A stretch of 64,000 bases of DNA from Octopus bimaculoides (lineage: Eukaryota), in NCBI RefSeq assembly GCF_001194135.2, contig NC_069007.1, positions 10,561,303 to 10,625,302 of the forward strand. The letters run 5' to 3'. Of the stretch, positions 1 through 13,894 are shown one piece after another (position 1 is the first letter of the stretch; each line of letters begins with the position of its first letter). The notes beneath the pieces are model-generated. The model made no database searches, had not been told where the DNA came from, and was given only the letters and a program-made list of their open reading frames with translations. The position numbers and the translations under genes were made by a program.

Positions 1-2304
1 AGCATAAAACAGCCTTAGAAACACACTGGAATGATCAAAATAACATTTTAAATAGAAATAAGCGAGATATTGGGTGAAAAATTAGCAAACCTCATTTGAA
101 TATCGGAGAAATATACCTAGTAGATATAGCAAAAAGGTTAGATATGTGTCAATATTGACAGATAATTTTTAAGTGATCTCATATGAGATCACTGGTAGGT
201 AATGGGTTAAGTAAATATTTTCTTTACTAAATAAACTATTTATCTTTGGTTCAATTCCTTGCTCTTTCCCTTCTTCATGAGATGGGTTAGTTCCACAAAG
301 AGCCATTTTCTTGGTTTCTCTGGCATAAACATATTCCTCCCTGGATGGCACACCTGTCCATTGCAGGATTACTCATTTTTACCTGGACTGGAGCAACATA
401 AAATGAAGTGTTTTACTCAAGAATGCAATACATCAACCGGTCCAGGAATCGAAACCACAATCTTACAATCATGAGTCCAACACCCCTAACTACTGAGCCA
501 CGAGACAATGATAACTATTTCGAAAATTCACTGATTAACTATAATACTCATCTCTTGAGTGTAATAATTTATTTACTAATCCTTTAAGAAATAAAGAAAA
601 TTGGCTGTTGGTAATAAGAAAATCCCTTCCCCTCAAATCCATTATTCTCTAAACATCATCCTTCTCGCATTCTGCTTCACTTGTATTCTCCCTTCAACAC
701 AGGTTGGACCCAATATTAACTTCTAAGCCTTTAATATGCTTGGTGGTGTATTATGGTTGTAAAATGAAATTACTGTGTCCCTACCAGCAGTTATTCTCTC
801 TTCAATAGTGTCTCTTCTACAACATCATACCATCACCTCAGCTCTTCACCAATATCTTCTCTTCATCTCTGCAGCATTCTTCCAAGACTGATGTCTGCCA
901 TCACTTTAGATTCCTGTTACTTGACTTCATTTGCCTCATCATCATTTAATGTCCATTTTTCATGCTGGCATCGGTTAAATGGTCTGAGAGGACCCAGCAA
1001 ACCACTTGTTTACATTTTGTAACTTGATTAGTTCACATAACTCCATAAGGAGCATAGAGTCGGTTTCCTGGTTTCTCTGGCATGTCTATTCCTCTGTGGA
1101 TGGGACACCAGTCTGATACAGGACAACTCATTTTTGCCAGCTGAGCAGGCTGGAGCATTGTGAAATGAAGTCTTTTGCTCAAGAACACAACACATTGCAT
1201 GGTCTAGGAATTGAAACTACAACCTTACAATCATGAATACAACACCCTAACCACTAAGCCATGCACCTCCACATTGTGTAACTTACAGGGTAGAAAAAGA
1301 ACAAGAAAATGCAAAAAAGGGGGAAAAACCCCTTGTCTGAGTTGGGGGAGTATTTGATAGGGAGAGAGCTGGCTTTGTGTCTAGGAGATGTATGGCTATC
1401 CCATATTATATAAGGGTGGGAGCAGCTGAGAAGATGATAAGATGGCTGTTATCAGATAGGGTATCAGAGTAAACCGTCAAGGAGCAAGAGAGGATACAGA
1501 TAGGGGCCAGAGCAAACCCTCAAGGAGCTAGATAGGACAAGGGCAACAGAGCAGGGGAAAGAAGTGGGCTATTAGAGTGTGAGGGGAGAGAAACAAATGG
1601 TTTCAACTTATTTTTCATTATCGTTGTCATTCATTCTTTCACACGTTGCAGTCAGTAGACTGTGGCCATGCTGGAGCACCTCCTTCAAAGGGTGTTAATT
1701 ATACTACCATCATCCTACCATTTCGTACTTATCGTTTAGTACCCATTATTAAAAATCTCAGGTCCTCTACTTCAGCTTCAAGTCAACATCAAAGCGTGTT
1801 TATTTCCTTATACATTGTCTCAAGTACAAATGGCAACATACAACATCAAAAGGGCAGGGGTGAATCCATGTCCTGTCTCTTTACAGTTCTTCTTTCCATT
1901 TCGTGTTTGTTTGGTCTCCGATGTTTTCTATAAACTACAGTGTATTTTAAATTTTGCTATCGATTAAGTATTTATTGATCATTTTGTTCTGGAATTAAAA
2001 CGAAGTATTGTGGCATCATTTTCATTCTCTAATTGTCTAGGTTTAGTTAATCTTCTGATAAACAATTAGTGAAAGCTTTCATTTGGAAATATTTTCTTTC
2101 TACCATGTTATTATTATTTGCTTTGTTTATTCATTTATTGATTTTTTTTATTTAATATATAAAGGAAATCAATTTTCTGGTATTTAAATTAATAGTTATC
2201 ATTTTTATTTAGTTTTATTCTTATTTACCTTTACGTTAATTCATTAATTATGTCATTGATTTGGTCATTTAATTATGCATTTTAATCATGTATTTATTTA
2301 TTGC

Positions 2305-3025
2305 GGTCATCAGGCCTGGCTGTGTGGTTAAGAAACTTGCTTTGTAAATGTGTGATTTTAGGTTCCATCTCATGGCACAGCAGCTTGAGCAAGTGTCTTC
2401 TATTAAAGCCCTGGGCCTTGTGAGGGAATTTGCTAGACAGAAACTATGTGGAAGCCTGTTGTGTGTGTGTGTGTTTGTTCCCTCATCCCCCCTCTGTCTT
2501 TCTCTCATTCTCTTCCTCTTCTTTCTCTCTCCCTCTCTTATTTTCTCTCTTCCTTCACCCTCTCTCTCTTCCTTCACTCTTTCCTACACTTTCTCTTCCT
2601 TCCCTCACTCTCTCTCTCCCACACTCTATTCCTTGACTATTTCTCTCTTCCATCCTACCCACCCTCTCTCTCTCTCTCTGTATATTTCTGTGCATCTGTG
2701 TGCTTGCTTGCTTCCAGTGCATAAACGTACTGTTGCTCAAACAGCTGACCCTGATCATCTCATTCCAGTTTGTCTGTGGGTCTATGGGTCTGCATATCTG
2801 TCTGTATGTGTGTATGCATTTGCTTCTGGGTCTTTATGTCTGTCTGTCTACATTTGTCTGTGTGTACATTTGTTTGTGGGTCTCTTGTCTTGTGGCACTC
2901 CGTCGCTTACGACGTTGAGGGTTCCACTTGATCCGATCAACCGAATACTTGGGGTCGATTTTTTCGACTAAAGGCGGTGCTCCAGCATGGCCACAGTCAA
3001 ATGACAAACAAGTAAAAGAGTAAAT
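2305..3025 (+). mobile_element. SINE with expanded internal CT/GT simple-sequence tract
   Basis: Head GGCTGTGTGGTTAAGAAACTTGC and tail GGCGGTGCTCCAGCATGGCCACAGTCAAATGAC. Same family at about 14815, 26190 (-), 26680 (-), 38855 (-), 50850, 53735 and 61565 (-). Confidence 0.8.
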
Positions 3026-4084
3026 ATAAATACATTTATTATATCAAGGGTTATTACTACATGTAAATGCTTCATGTTGTTATGGGACTCTGAAGTCAAA
3101 CTACTTTAATAAATATACATGGCACTGAAAGCAGGGGAATGCAACATGGAAGCTGCCTTTTAAAACCAGATTTGGTCGCAAATCATTAATGATTTCATGG
3201 TTAGCGTACATAATACACTTTCCAATTGTCGGTGCAAACATATATATATGTATATGTGGTGTCTTCTGTTGCTTTAACTTAATGTTGTCATCATTGTTGT
3301 TGCTGGTGTTGTTGTCGTCATCACTACAAGCAAACGATCGTTAGCAGTTATGCAATTATTGTGATTCAAACAGACTGTAATTGTGACCTGCTTTCATTTC
3401 CAATTTTTCACACACGTCTCACTAACACCCTTAAGAAAGGCATGAACATCTTCCATTCCCTCATTTCTTGTCATCTAAAATTTAACCCTCAGATGTCATT
3501 CTGTCATTTCATAATTTCTCATAAAACTAATCTGTTTGTTTTTCCTTCTTTTCTTTTTCCTTCTTAAATTAACCCTTTGGCATTTAATCCATATCAGACC
3601 CAAATATTCTACATGTTTTATGTTTAAGCTGGTCAGATCCAGTTTCTCACACCTACTCTACAACATCATTCTAAAAGAAAAACAATCACACCTTTATCAT
3701 AAATCTTTAAGCTACAAGATAATGTATAATTAATTTACAAAAATGTGAATGAATATTACATATGACGGTAATCTGAATGCTAAAGGGTGAAATTGATCAA
3801 TATTTTACTGCTTTATATTACATAGACTTTATTTAAAATAACCAATTGCTTATCTAACTAATTAACTAATTAATTCATTCTAACAGTACCCTAAAGCATG
3901 TTTAGCCACACACTGCACTGTTTTTGGAACCCAATCCCTACCCCTTTTCCAACATATTTTCACGATGTTTCACTTCAAAGCTTATTATTAGAAACTTTAA
4001 AACTTGTTTTTGTTTCATATTTATCTAACCCAACTAATGGATATTAATTTTGGGCAAAAAAAAAAGTCTTTTCTTGCTTCCCAG

Positions 4085-4321
4085 AGATATTACGGAATGA
4101 AAAAGCTTGTCGACGAGATAGACGATTACGGCATCGGTCGAGTCAGGAGACGGAACCGGGCCTCTCTTATGAGTCCAGTGATGAAGAGATCAGAGAGAGT
4201 GGTGCTGGAATTCTAGAGTTTTCACCAGCAAAAGCGGGCCAAGATGTAACGCCCGCCAACTTTGATTTCCAGCCGAGAGACAAAGAGAAGAAGCTGAGTT
4301 CAGGGTTCCCTTACATTGCAG
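4085..4321 (+). CDS. KCNH2: ERG-type (KCNH2/6/7-like) K+ channel, internal C-terminal exon (ILRNEKACRRDRRLRHRSS...SSGFPYIA)
   Basis: Pyrimidine tract + CCAG acceptor ending at 4084 and GT donor at 4322. 237 nt open frame, phase 1 at both ends, joining in frame to the 9428 exon. Basic/acidic linker typical of the region after the CNBD. Upstream exons lie outside the window. Confidence 0.8.
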
Positions 4322-4599
4322 GTATTTAGTATTCTGTGAAATAATGGATAAAAAAACATGCCAAACCTTGATCATGAACTATTTTGTTTTTTGTTTCAGC
4401 TATTGATTGATCTGTCGATTGATTGGTTTATAATTAGGATCTGTTATAAAACAAAGGTTTATTTATGGTTGTGTGGCCCAGAAATTTCATTTCACTTCAT
4501 GCAACCTTGTAGTTCTTGGTTCAAATGCCCCTGGTATGATGAGTTGTTGATCGGGTAGTACCCGTATAGTCTCAGCTTCATCATGTAATACATATATCA

Positions 4600-5135
4600 T
4601 CATCATCATCATCGTTTAACGTCCGCTTTCCATGCTAGCATGGGTTGGATGATTTGACTGAGGACTGATGAAACCAGATGGCTACACCAGGCTCCAATCT
4701 GATTTGGCAGAGTTTCTACAGCTGGATGCCCTTCCTAACGCCAACCACTCCGAGAGTGTAGTGGGTGCTTTTACTTGCCACTGGCACGAAGGCCAGTCAG
4801 GAGGTACTGGCAACGGCCACGCTCGAAATGGTGTATTTTATGTGCCACCCGCACAAGAGCCAGTCCAGGTGCACTGGCAATGATCTCGCTCGAAAATCCT
4901 TACACATGTCACGGGCACAAGTGCCAGAAAAGCAACGCTGGGCAGAGGTGCTATCCTGATTTCACTTTCGCTTTCCCCAACAGGTCTTCACAAACTGAGT
5001 TTCGTGTCCAATGAAGGAGACGACGTTGGCATGGGTGCCAGTTGTCGAATTTAGTTTGATTTCGGTTTCACTTGCCTCAACAAGTCTTCGCAAGTAGAGT
5101 TTAGTGTCAGAGTGAGGGCATGTCATTGATGAGGT
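4600..5135 (-). mobile_element. RTE LINE 3' UTR copy
   Basis: Near-identical to 19100-19335 (catcatcatcgtttaacgtccgctttccatgctagcatggg...). Further copies at about 8915-9130 and 23125-23300, diverged ones at about 13285-13600 and 18000-18250. Confidence 0.85.
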
Positions 5136-5944
5136 TGCAAACAACAACAAAAGGACTCTGACAGAGAAAACCAACAACTGATTAATTGTTCAATCAACAC
5201 TTTAAAATACACACACACAAATGTTATCACTGACACATACCTAGTGTATGTATTTTGTTTAAACATTCATTGGCTGAAGAATAGTCCCCTGGGAAACATA
5301 CCATCACAACACTGAATGTTAAAGAACATGGAATGTCTCTGACCAAGTGGAACGACTTGTCCCAAAGGTGAACCAGGAGGGCAGATATCAATATTTTGTT
5401 TGTCACTTTAGCTCATTAGCGCCATACACCTAACTCACCTGGAAACGAACCATAGTGCTGGTCATAGCCAAATATGTAAATTCTATATGCTGATGTGCAG
5501 CACATATGAAACAAAATTAAATCTTGAATTAAAAGTAGTTCTGGCAGAACTGTTGTTACACTGAACAAAATGCTTGGTGATGTTCTGAGTTCAAATCCCA
5601 CTGAGGTCGTCTTTGTCTTTCATGTTTCGGGATCGATGAAGTAAATATCAGTACCAGTTGAGTACTGGGGTCAATGTAATTGACAGTCCTATTCCACAAG
5701 ACTTCAAGCCTATAATAGAAAAGATTATTATTATCATTATTATTATTGTCAGAAAAACAAAATTTGTTCTAGATCTTTGTTTCCAAAGTTCAAATCTTGC
5801 TGAGGCCAACATTATCTTTTATCTTTTCAAAAGTACCAGTCAAGTACTGTGGCCAGTGGCATCGATTAATGCCCCCACTCCATCAGAAGTGTTGGTCTTC
5901 TGCCTAAATTAGAAACAATTATTATTATTATTATTATTATTATG

Positions 5945-6162
5945 GTGGTGAGCTGGTAGAATCGGTAGCGCGCCAGGCAAAATGCTTAACGAAATGCTTA
6001 GCTTACAGTTCAAATTCCACCAAGGTTGACTTTACCCTTCCTCCTTTTGGGGGTCAATAAATTAAGTACCAGCTGAGTATTGGGGGGTCAATGTAGTTGG
6101 CAAGTCGCCTTCCCTAAAATTTCAGGCCTTGTGCCTATAGTAAAAAGAATCTTTTTACTATA

Positions 6163-6210
<48 letters not shown>

Positions 6211-6383
6211 GGTGGTGAGCTGGCAGAATCATTAGCACATCAATGCTTAGCTTAGAGTTCAAGTTTTACGAAGGTCGATTTTGCTTTTCGTCCTTTCGGG
6301 GTCAATAAATTAAGTACCAGTACTGTAGTTGATGTAATTGACTTCCCTAAAATTTCAGGCCTTGTGCCTATAGTAGAAAGGAG

Positions 6384-6440
<57 letters not shown>

Positions 6441-6830
6441 GGTGGTGAGCTGACAAAATCGTTAGCATGCCAGGCAAAATGCTTAGCTCAGAGTTCAAGT
6501 TCAGCCGAGTTAGTACCAGTGAAACACTGGGGATCAATGTAATCGACTAGCCCCCTCCCCCAAAATTTCAGGCCTTGTGCCTTTTGTAAAAAGGATTATT
6601 ATTATTATTGAGATGGCAGACTAGAAGAATCATTAGCATGCCAGACAAGAATGCCAAGCAGCATTTCATCCATCTTTATATTCTGATCTCACAATTCTGC
6701 CTAGGTTGACTTTGCCATTCATCCCTCCTGGGTCAATAAAATAAGTACCAGCTAAGCATTGGGGTTGATGGAATCAACTTACCCACTCCCCTAAAATTGC
6801 TGGCCTTGTGCCAAAATTAGAAACTATTAT
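5945..6830 (+). mobile_element. Four head-to-tail copies of the GGCGAGCTGGCAGAATCGTTAGC... SINE separated by (ATT)n
   Basis: Repeated head, GAGTTCAAATTC B-box-like site and GCCTTTCATCC...AAGTACCAG central domain. Many more copies at about 9692, 23681, 23938, 24716, 35555, 38395, 49517, 53030 and 63139. Confidence 0.88.
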
Positions 6831-7185
6831 TACCTCTGCTTTGGTGGAGGTATTGTTTTCAGTTATGTTTGTTTGTCCGTAGACAAGATATCTCAAGAAC
6901 TGCTGGATGGATTCAGATGAAACTTTCAGGGATGTTTGACCTCATGACTGGCACGATCTGATTAAATTTTGGGATTGATCCAGTACTGGACAAAGATTCT
7001 GGATTATTTTTCCAGTCTTTTTACTTAATTTTTGAGAGCGGTCAGGTTCGTTTTTCATATTCTCGTTTGTGAGAGCAGTCAAATTTATTTCAGATGTTCT
7101 CATTTTAAAAATCATCTCTGGCTAATCGTTGAGAGGACATAGGTGTTGCCATGGCAGAGGTTTGTGCTCTCTGAGTGTACTTGTT
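6827..7185 (+). mobile_element. Helentron/DINE-type non-autonomous element; partial second copy at about 10467-10615
   Basis: Subterminal inverted repeats ACCTCTGC (6832-6839) / GCAGAGGT (7154-7161), TTTGTTTGTCCG tract, GATGAAACTT motif, short 3' palindrome and TT flanks. Confidence 0.7.
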
Positions 7186-7727
7186 AATATTGATATTATT
7201 AAACACAAGGTTTAACCTCACTGAGTTTCCAAATATTTTAACTTCTCCGCATGATATTACAAAGCTGGTTCTTTTTTTTTTACTTTTTACTCCAAATGAG
7301 AAGTTTTTTTAATGTTCTGTTTTTCCATTAATACTAATGTTTTAGTCCTGTTTGACTTCCACCACTATCATCCAAATAGATCCAATATTTTGGCAGTTTT
7401 TGCAATTTTGTGATTTTTATTAACTTGTTTTCTGTTTTCTTTCCACACAAAAAGTTTGATATTTTTTGACAATTTGAAATCACACTTATTAACAAACTAA
7501 CATTTAAAATCCAGTATTAGTTGGTACACTGTTAATCAAGACTATGAAATAATTGTGGTTGTGTATACATACAAGCATTAAATGCATATGCACATGCACC
7601 TGCACACACACTAATCAAAGCATACAGTATTATATATCCATTACAGCTGATCCTACCAATCAGTTTTGCAAGACATACCAACATCAGTAGTCAAGCTGTG
7701 GTAGGTGGACAAACATACACACACACA

Positions 7728-7759
<32 letters not shown>

Positions 7760-8457
7760 NNNNNNNNNNNNNNNNNNNNNNNNNNNNNNNNNNNNNNNNN
7801 NNNNNNNNNNNNNNNNNNNNNNNNNNNNNNNNNNNNNNNNNNNNNNNNNNNNNNNNNNNNNNNNNNNNNNNNNNNNNNNNNNNNNNNNNNNNNNNNNNNN
7901 NNNNNNNNNNNNNNNNNNNNNNNNNNNNNNNNNNNNNNNNNNNNNNNNNNNNNNNNNNNNNNNNNNNNNNNNNNNNNNNNNNNNNNNNNNNNNNNNNNNN
8001 NNNNNNNNNNNNNNNNNNNNNNNNNNNNNNNNNNNNNNNNNNNNNNNNNNNNNNNNNNNNNNNNNNNNNNNNNNNNNNNNNNNNNNNNNNNNNNNNNNNN
8101 NNNNNNNNNNNNNNNNNNNNNNNNNNNNNNNNNNNNNNNNNNNNNNNNNNNNNNNNNNNNNNNNNNNNNNNNNNNNNNNNNNNNNNNNNNNNNNNNNNNN
8201 NNNNNNNNNNNNNNNNNNNNNNNNNNNNNNNNNNNNNNNNNNNNNNNNNNNNNNNNNNNNNNNNNNNNNNNNNNNNNNNNNNNNNNNNNNNNNNNNNNNN
8301 NNNNNNNNNNNNNNNNNNNNNNNNNNNNNNNNNNNNNNNNNNNNNNNNNNNNNNNNNNNNNNNNNNNNNNNNNNNNNNNNNNNNNNNNNNNNNNNNNNNN
8401 NNNNNNNNNNNNNNNNNNNNNNNNNNNNNNNNNNNNNNNNNNNNNNNNNNNNNNNNN

Positions 8458-8504
<47 letters not shown>

Positions 8505-9427
8505 AGTATGTGAAGACACATGGCATAGTGGTTAGGGTATTTGACTCATAAATGTAAGACTGTGAGTTCAATTTCTGGTGGCATTTTGTGACCTTGAGCA
8601 AGATACTTTATTTCACCTTATTTCTCCAGTTCACTCAACTGGCTAAAATGGGTTGTACTTGTAATTCAAAGGGCCAGTCTTGTGACATTCTGTGTCTCGC
8701 TGAGAACTACAATAAGGGTACACATGTCTATGGAGTGCTCAACCACTTCCACGTTAATTTCACGAGCAGGCTGTTTGGTTGATCGGATCAGCCGGAACCC
8801 TTGTCATCATAACCGACGGAACGCCACATATATGTAGTAAAAGTAAAGTACCTTCCCAAGTCATATAGACGAACTCCCATCTGGACGAGATGCTGGTCCT
8901 TCGCAGGGACTGGAACATCATCATCATCATCATCATCGTTTAACGTCCGCTTTCCATGCTAGCATGGGTTGGACGATTTGATTGAGGACTGGTGAAACCG
9001 GATGGCAACACCAGGCTCCAATCTAATTTGGCACAGTTTCTACAGCTGGATGCCCTTCCTAACGCCAACCACTCAGAGAGTGTAGTGGGTGCTTTTACGT
9101 GTCACTCGCACGAAAACGGCCACACTCGAAGCATTTTGATCAAGAACACTGTCCGTTCCAGGAATTGAAACCACAATCTTATGATCGTGAGTACAACACC
9201 CTAACCACTAAGCCACGTGCCTCCATATATACATATATTTATAAATTATGAGTTAGAGGTTATGCAACCGTCTAAGAGATAAATGTATCTGTAGGCACTA
9301 CTGGTGGTATTACCTCACTATGTATAAGGTTGGTAATTTAAATGGTAAAACATGGTTTAATATATTCAGATTTCTTTTCTTATCTGAATATATATATATA
9401 TATATGTTGATTCTATTTATGTTTCAG

Positions 9428-9546
9428 GTGCTTTATCTAGTGTGAATACTTTAGTTAACGTGGTCACAGGGCGACACGATTCCACAAAAAAAAGCCAGGA
9501 AACAGCACCTTTATTGCAGGAGTTGAGTGCAAGTCCTGAAACTCAG
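9428..9546 (+). CDS. KCNH2: ERG-type K+ channel exon (GALSSVNTLVNVVTGRHDSTKKSQETAPLLQELSASPETQ)
   Basis: TTTCAG acceptor, GTAAGA donor at 9547; phase 1 in and phase 0 out fit both neighbouring exons. Confidence 0.8.
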
Positions 9547-11649
9547 GTAAGAATCTCATCTTCTCAGTCTTACATTTTTCTCCGTATTACTAACCCTACT
9601 CCTGACAAATTTCAGGTCTTGTGGCCTTAGTAGAAAAGAACATTATTATTATTTTTATTATTAAGGTAGCGAGCTGGCAGAATCATTAGAAGGCAATGAG
9701 CTGGCAGAATCGGTAGCACGCCGGGCGAAATGCTTAGTGGTATTTCGTCTGCCGTTACATTCTGAGTTTGAATTCCGTCAAGGTCAACTTTGCCTTTCAT
9801 CCTTCAGGGTCGATAAATTAAGTACCAGTTACACACTGGGGTCGATGTAATCAACTTAATCCCCTTGTCTGTCCTTGTTTGTCTCCTCTATGTTTAGCCC
9901 CTTGTGGGCAATAAAGAAATAAGAATCGTTAGTGGACCAGGCAAAATGCTTAGCGGTATTTCATCTGTCTTTATGTACTGAGTTCAAATTCCATCCAGGC
10001 TGACTTCGCCTTTCATCCCAATTACTGGGGGCTGATGTAATCAACTAGTCGCCTCTTGCCAAATTTCAAGCCTTGGATGAAGCAATGCACTGCAACAGCG
10101 CATGGCCCCTTAACTGACCTGATGCATAATCTTGTAGCTTTGAAAATTCAACAATGTAACTGTTTGTTTTTAGAATGACATTGTAGGGTAGGTATGAGAG
10201 GCTGGATCCAGTCAGTTTGAACATAAAACAGGTGTGATATGAAAGGATTATTATTATTAAGTTGGTAAGCTGGCAGAAGGATTAGCATACTGCGCAAAAT
10301 GCCTAGCATCATTTTGTCTTTCTTTACATTCCGAGTTCAAGTTCTGCCAAGATCAACTTTGCCTTTTATCCTTCCAGAGTTGATAAAATGTGTAGCAGGC
10401 GAGTACTAGGATCCGTGTAATCAACTTGTCTGCTCCCACTTGTCTGCTCCCACCAAAAGGTTTATTACTTCTGCCTTAGTGAAGGCGGAGGTACTGTTTT
10501 CAGTCATGTTTGTTTGTTTGTCCGCAGACAAGCTATCTCAAGAACCGCTGAATGGATTCTGATGAAACTTTCAGGGATGCTTGGCCTCGTGACTGGTAAA
10601 AACTGATGAGATTTGGGGATTATATAAGTACTGGGGTTGATTCATTCGAGTAAAAGTTCTTCCAAGCAGTGCCCCAGCATGGTCGCAGTCTAATGACTGA
10701 AACGAGTAAAAGCTATTAAAATTCTTGAACCAGAGAGCAACTGGTACGTGTTCCAGATTGCAACAAGAGCCAAGGGAGATCACTCCTCAATAGTTAGAAA
10801 GCACAGAACGTGACGAGTTATCTCCCTTATTATCATTTAACGTGCTCTTTCTATGCTAGCTCGGGTTGGACGGTTTGATTGTGTGCTTTGGCGTGGCTTC
10901 TATGACTGGATGTCCTTTCTAACGGCTATCAATTTACAGAGTGTACTGATGCCTCTTATGAAACACCAGCACTTGTGAGGCCCCTCCAAGTGACTTGCAA
11001 AACAACTGAGAGGTGGGGAGGTTTTATGCCAGGTGAAAGAGGGACAGGAACAGGTGTCTTACTATAGAGGAGATACATGGCTACTCCAGTTGGTAAAGAG
11101 AGGAAAAGGATAAGAGTGTTGAAAGAAAGAAGTGATGGCATGTAGAGGCCCCCTTCTCTGTTCCCTCTACACTTGTGGTGCATTTAGGGCCAGGGAAGCT
11201 TTAATAGCATTGGTAAAGCCCCTATAGCTGCCGTATGTTGTCATGTCAATGACCCTATAACATGTATAATGAGTTGAGCCAGTGTGAATTGATGGATTTT
11301 CTTCATCTTTCTAATTAATTCGCTTGATTGTAATGACATCTTGTATAATTAATCCAGCTAATCTGTAAGTCAAAGTTCACCCCAGGAGGATTTAAGTAAG
11401 ATTTAATTATGTGGTAAAGGCAAGGCAATATTAGCTCAATAACAAATATCATTTTAATCATTTCGGTTTGTAAAGAACACAGCTCTGAGCATATACTCTA
11501 GTTGAAGCTGCATCAACCCATTAACATTTAAACTGGCCATATTCCACCTGTTTTATATTCAAACTGACTGGATCCAGCCTCTCATACCTACCCTACAATG
11601 TCATTCTAAAAACAAACAGCTACATCGTTGAATTCTCAAAGCTACAAGA

Positions 11650-12250
11650 TTATGCATCAGGGTCAGTTAAGGGGCCATGCGCTGTTGCAGTGCATTGCTT
11701 CATCCACCATTTGTCGGTATCTATTCGGCTTTTCCTGTACAACCCTCCTAGCAGTTTTCCAGTGAGTTCTTGTTTCCAAAAAATACTTTCTTGTCCAACT
11801 ATAATCATACAGCATGTGGCTGACCAACATGAATCATAACCCCCAGCTAGATCCTCAGAGAAGAGAACATGGTACCTAGGATCTGACTCAGTTAATTGAG
11901 CAACATAACCAAAGCATAAATGTAGATGCTCCTGAACCATACAAGTAACAGGACGCATCCCAGTTTCTTGAGTACAGTTGTTGATTGGCTATAAAATCCA
12001 ACCAATCATAGTTTACAATCCTGGTGCCGAAGAGGTTCATGGAGCCCTTAAATGCTCTGGACAGTGTCCAAGTCTTACAAGTGTAGAGCAAGAGAAGGAG
12101 AATCGGTGACCTGAAGATCTGAATCTTTGTCTTCCTGTTCAGGTACCAACAGCGTTGAGCACCCTCGTTCAGTGAGTTTGCAACTGCAGCAGCATGCGCA
12201 AGTCGTCTTAGATTATGCATAATTAATTGTGGCAAAGACAATAATACCAA
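11650..12250 (-). mobile_element. Old RTE-type LINE, RT C-terminal remnant
   Basis: KTKIQIFRS...LLYTCKTWTL...YDWLDFIAN is a degraded form of RTE TKxxIxRSLVLPVLLYGCETWTL. Confidence 0.7.
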
Positions 12251-13676
12251 ACAGGGATCATACTGTTATAAACTCTTCCTTAGTTCCATCTGAGACTATT
12301 TTGGTAAAGGCTGCCCCTGTTGCTATGTTAATAACCCTATGGCACATATGATGAGCTGAGCCAGTGTGTATCAATGGATTTTTTTTATCTTGGTTGTAAG
12401 GACAAATCTTTGCTTAGTTCCATCTGGGACTGAAAATACATGATACGTCTTTATGAGTGGTCATAACTTGATGGATGTCTAATCTTTGCAAAGAGTCATC
12501 ATCATATTCCTTCATAATTGACTAAATTCAATGCTTACTTGCAGAAAATTGTCTGCTTGGGATGGTATTTTACCAAAAATGTAGAAATATGCCAGAAATA
12601 TACTCCCGGTAGAATTTACTTGGGTTCTTAGACATGTTGTCCGAGGAAGGTATCCCATAAGATTTTAAAAGACATTTAGTGAGAGAGATAGTTTGTTCCT
12701 TCTCGATCTGTGCCTGGCTCATAAGGGCTGGTTTCCCAGTTTCATTGGTGTATAGGTTCTCCACCTCAACAGAACGCCGGTCCGTCGCAGGTGGGCTTCC
12801 ACGAGGTTACTGTTGACCAAATACAGTCATCAGGTGTTAGTTGATCCAGGGCTATATTTGAAGACACTTACCCAAATTGCTGAGCAGTAGGTGAGACTGA
12901 AACTGAAACAATGTGGCTGGAAAGTGAGTCTCTTTACACAGCTATAATACACACACGCACACGCTGCCAGGGATCAGTCGCCATCTCTCTCTTTTGGACC
13001 ATCATCAAGAGGGATGTAACTCTGATATTATTGAATTTTCTCCCTTAGTTACTACTATAGGTCACTTAAATGTCATCTGCTGTTTGATGTGTTATGCGTT
13101 GTTGAACATTTTCCTCTGTCAGTAATATCTAGTAATATTACACCTGTCAAAAACCTTCTTCTAGTCCCAAAATTCCAGAAATATTGGTTTTCTTTTTAGG
13201 TAAAAATTTCTCATGCAATTGACTCGCTAGGAAGATGACATCTGTGATAACCCTACTTTTTCTGAACAAAAGGCTAAGCTGCATATCATCATCATCATCA
13301 TCATTTAACGTCTGTTGCCCATGCTGGCATGGGTTGGACGGTTTGACCAGGGCTGGCACACTGGAAGGCTGCACCAGACTCCAGTCTGATTTCGCATGGT
13401 TTTCTATGGTTGGATGCCCTTCCTTACACCAACCACTCCAAGTGTCTAATGGGTGCTTTTATATACCATTTGCATGACACCGGTATCTGCTACAACTCAC
13501 ACACGGTATAATACCAAAGGACTCAGTCATTTGTCATTTTCTCCATGATGCCCAAAACTCAAAAGGTGCTTTTCATGTGACACTGGCATCGGCCGGCTTG
13601 CATTTAGATTAATTCCATTCCAGATCAGATTGTATTATGATGTTCCTCATGTAAATATTATTTTCTCTTTTGTCAG

Positions 13677-13867
13677 CACAAAGTGACATCTTCATCAAGT
13701 GTACCAAAATCTACGTCGAGTATGACTCTACCAGTGTCTACGTCGTCCAGCCATTCCCAGTTCGACGAGCATCAGCCTTCAGGAAGAGGTGGTGCTGATT
13801 CACAAACAGCGATGGTAGGACACACAAGTCCGTTGGATGTGGAAAGGAGATTGGAGGATATGACAAG
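13677..13867 (+). CDS. KCNH2: ERG-type K+ channel exon (HKVTSSSS...SPLDVERRLEDMT-R), first half of the tetramerising coiled coil
   Basis: TTTTCTCTTTTGTCAG acceptor, GT donor at 13868, phase 2 out. DVERRLEDMTR resembles hERG DVESRLDALQR (recalled). Confidence 0.9.
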
Positions 13868-13894
13868 GTTATTATCATCTATTATTATTATTAT

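Noticed and set aside
2269-2971. 207-aa hydrophobic ORF and overlapping ORFs
   Set aside because: They translate a CT/GT simple-sequence tract inside a SINE; not a membrane protein.
7653-8601. Long ORFs spanning N runs (also at 22.4k, 29.4k, 31.4k, 51.1k, 54.1k, 60.8k and 62.5k)
   Set aside because: Artefacts of gaps translated as X plus (TA)n flanks.
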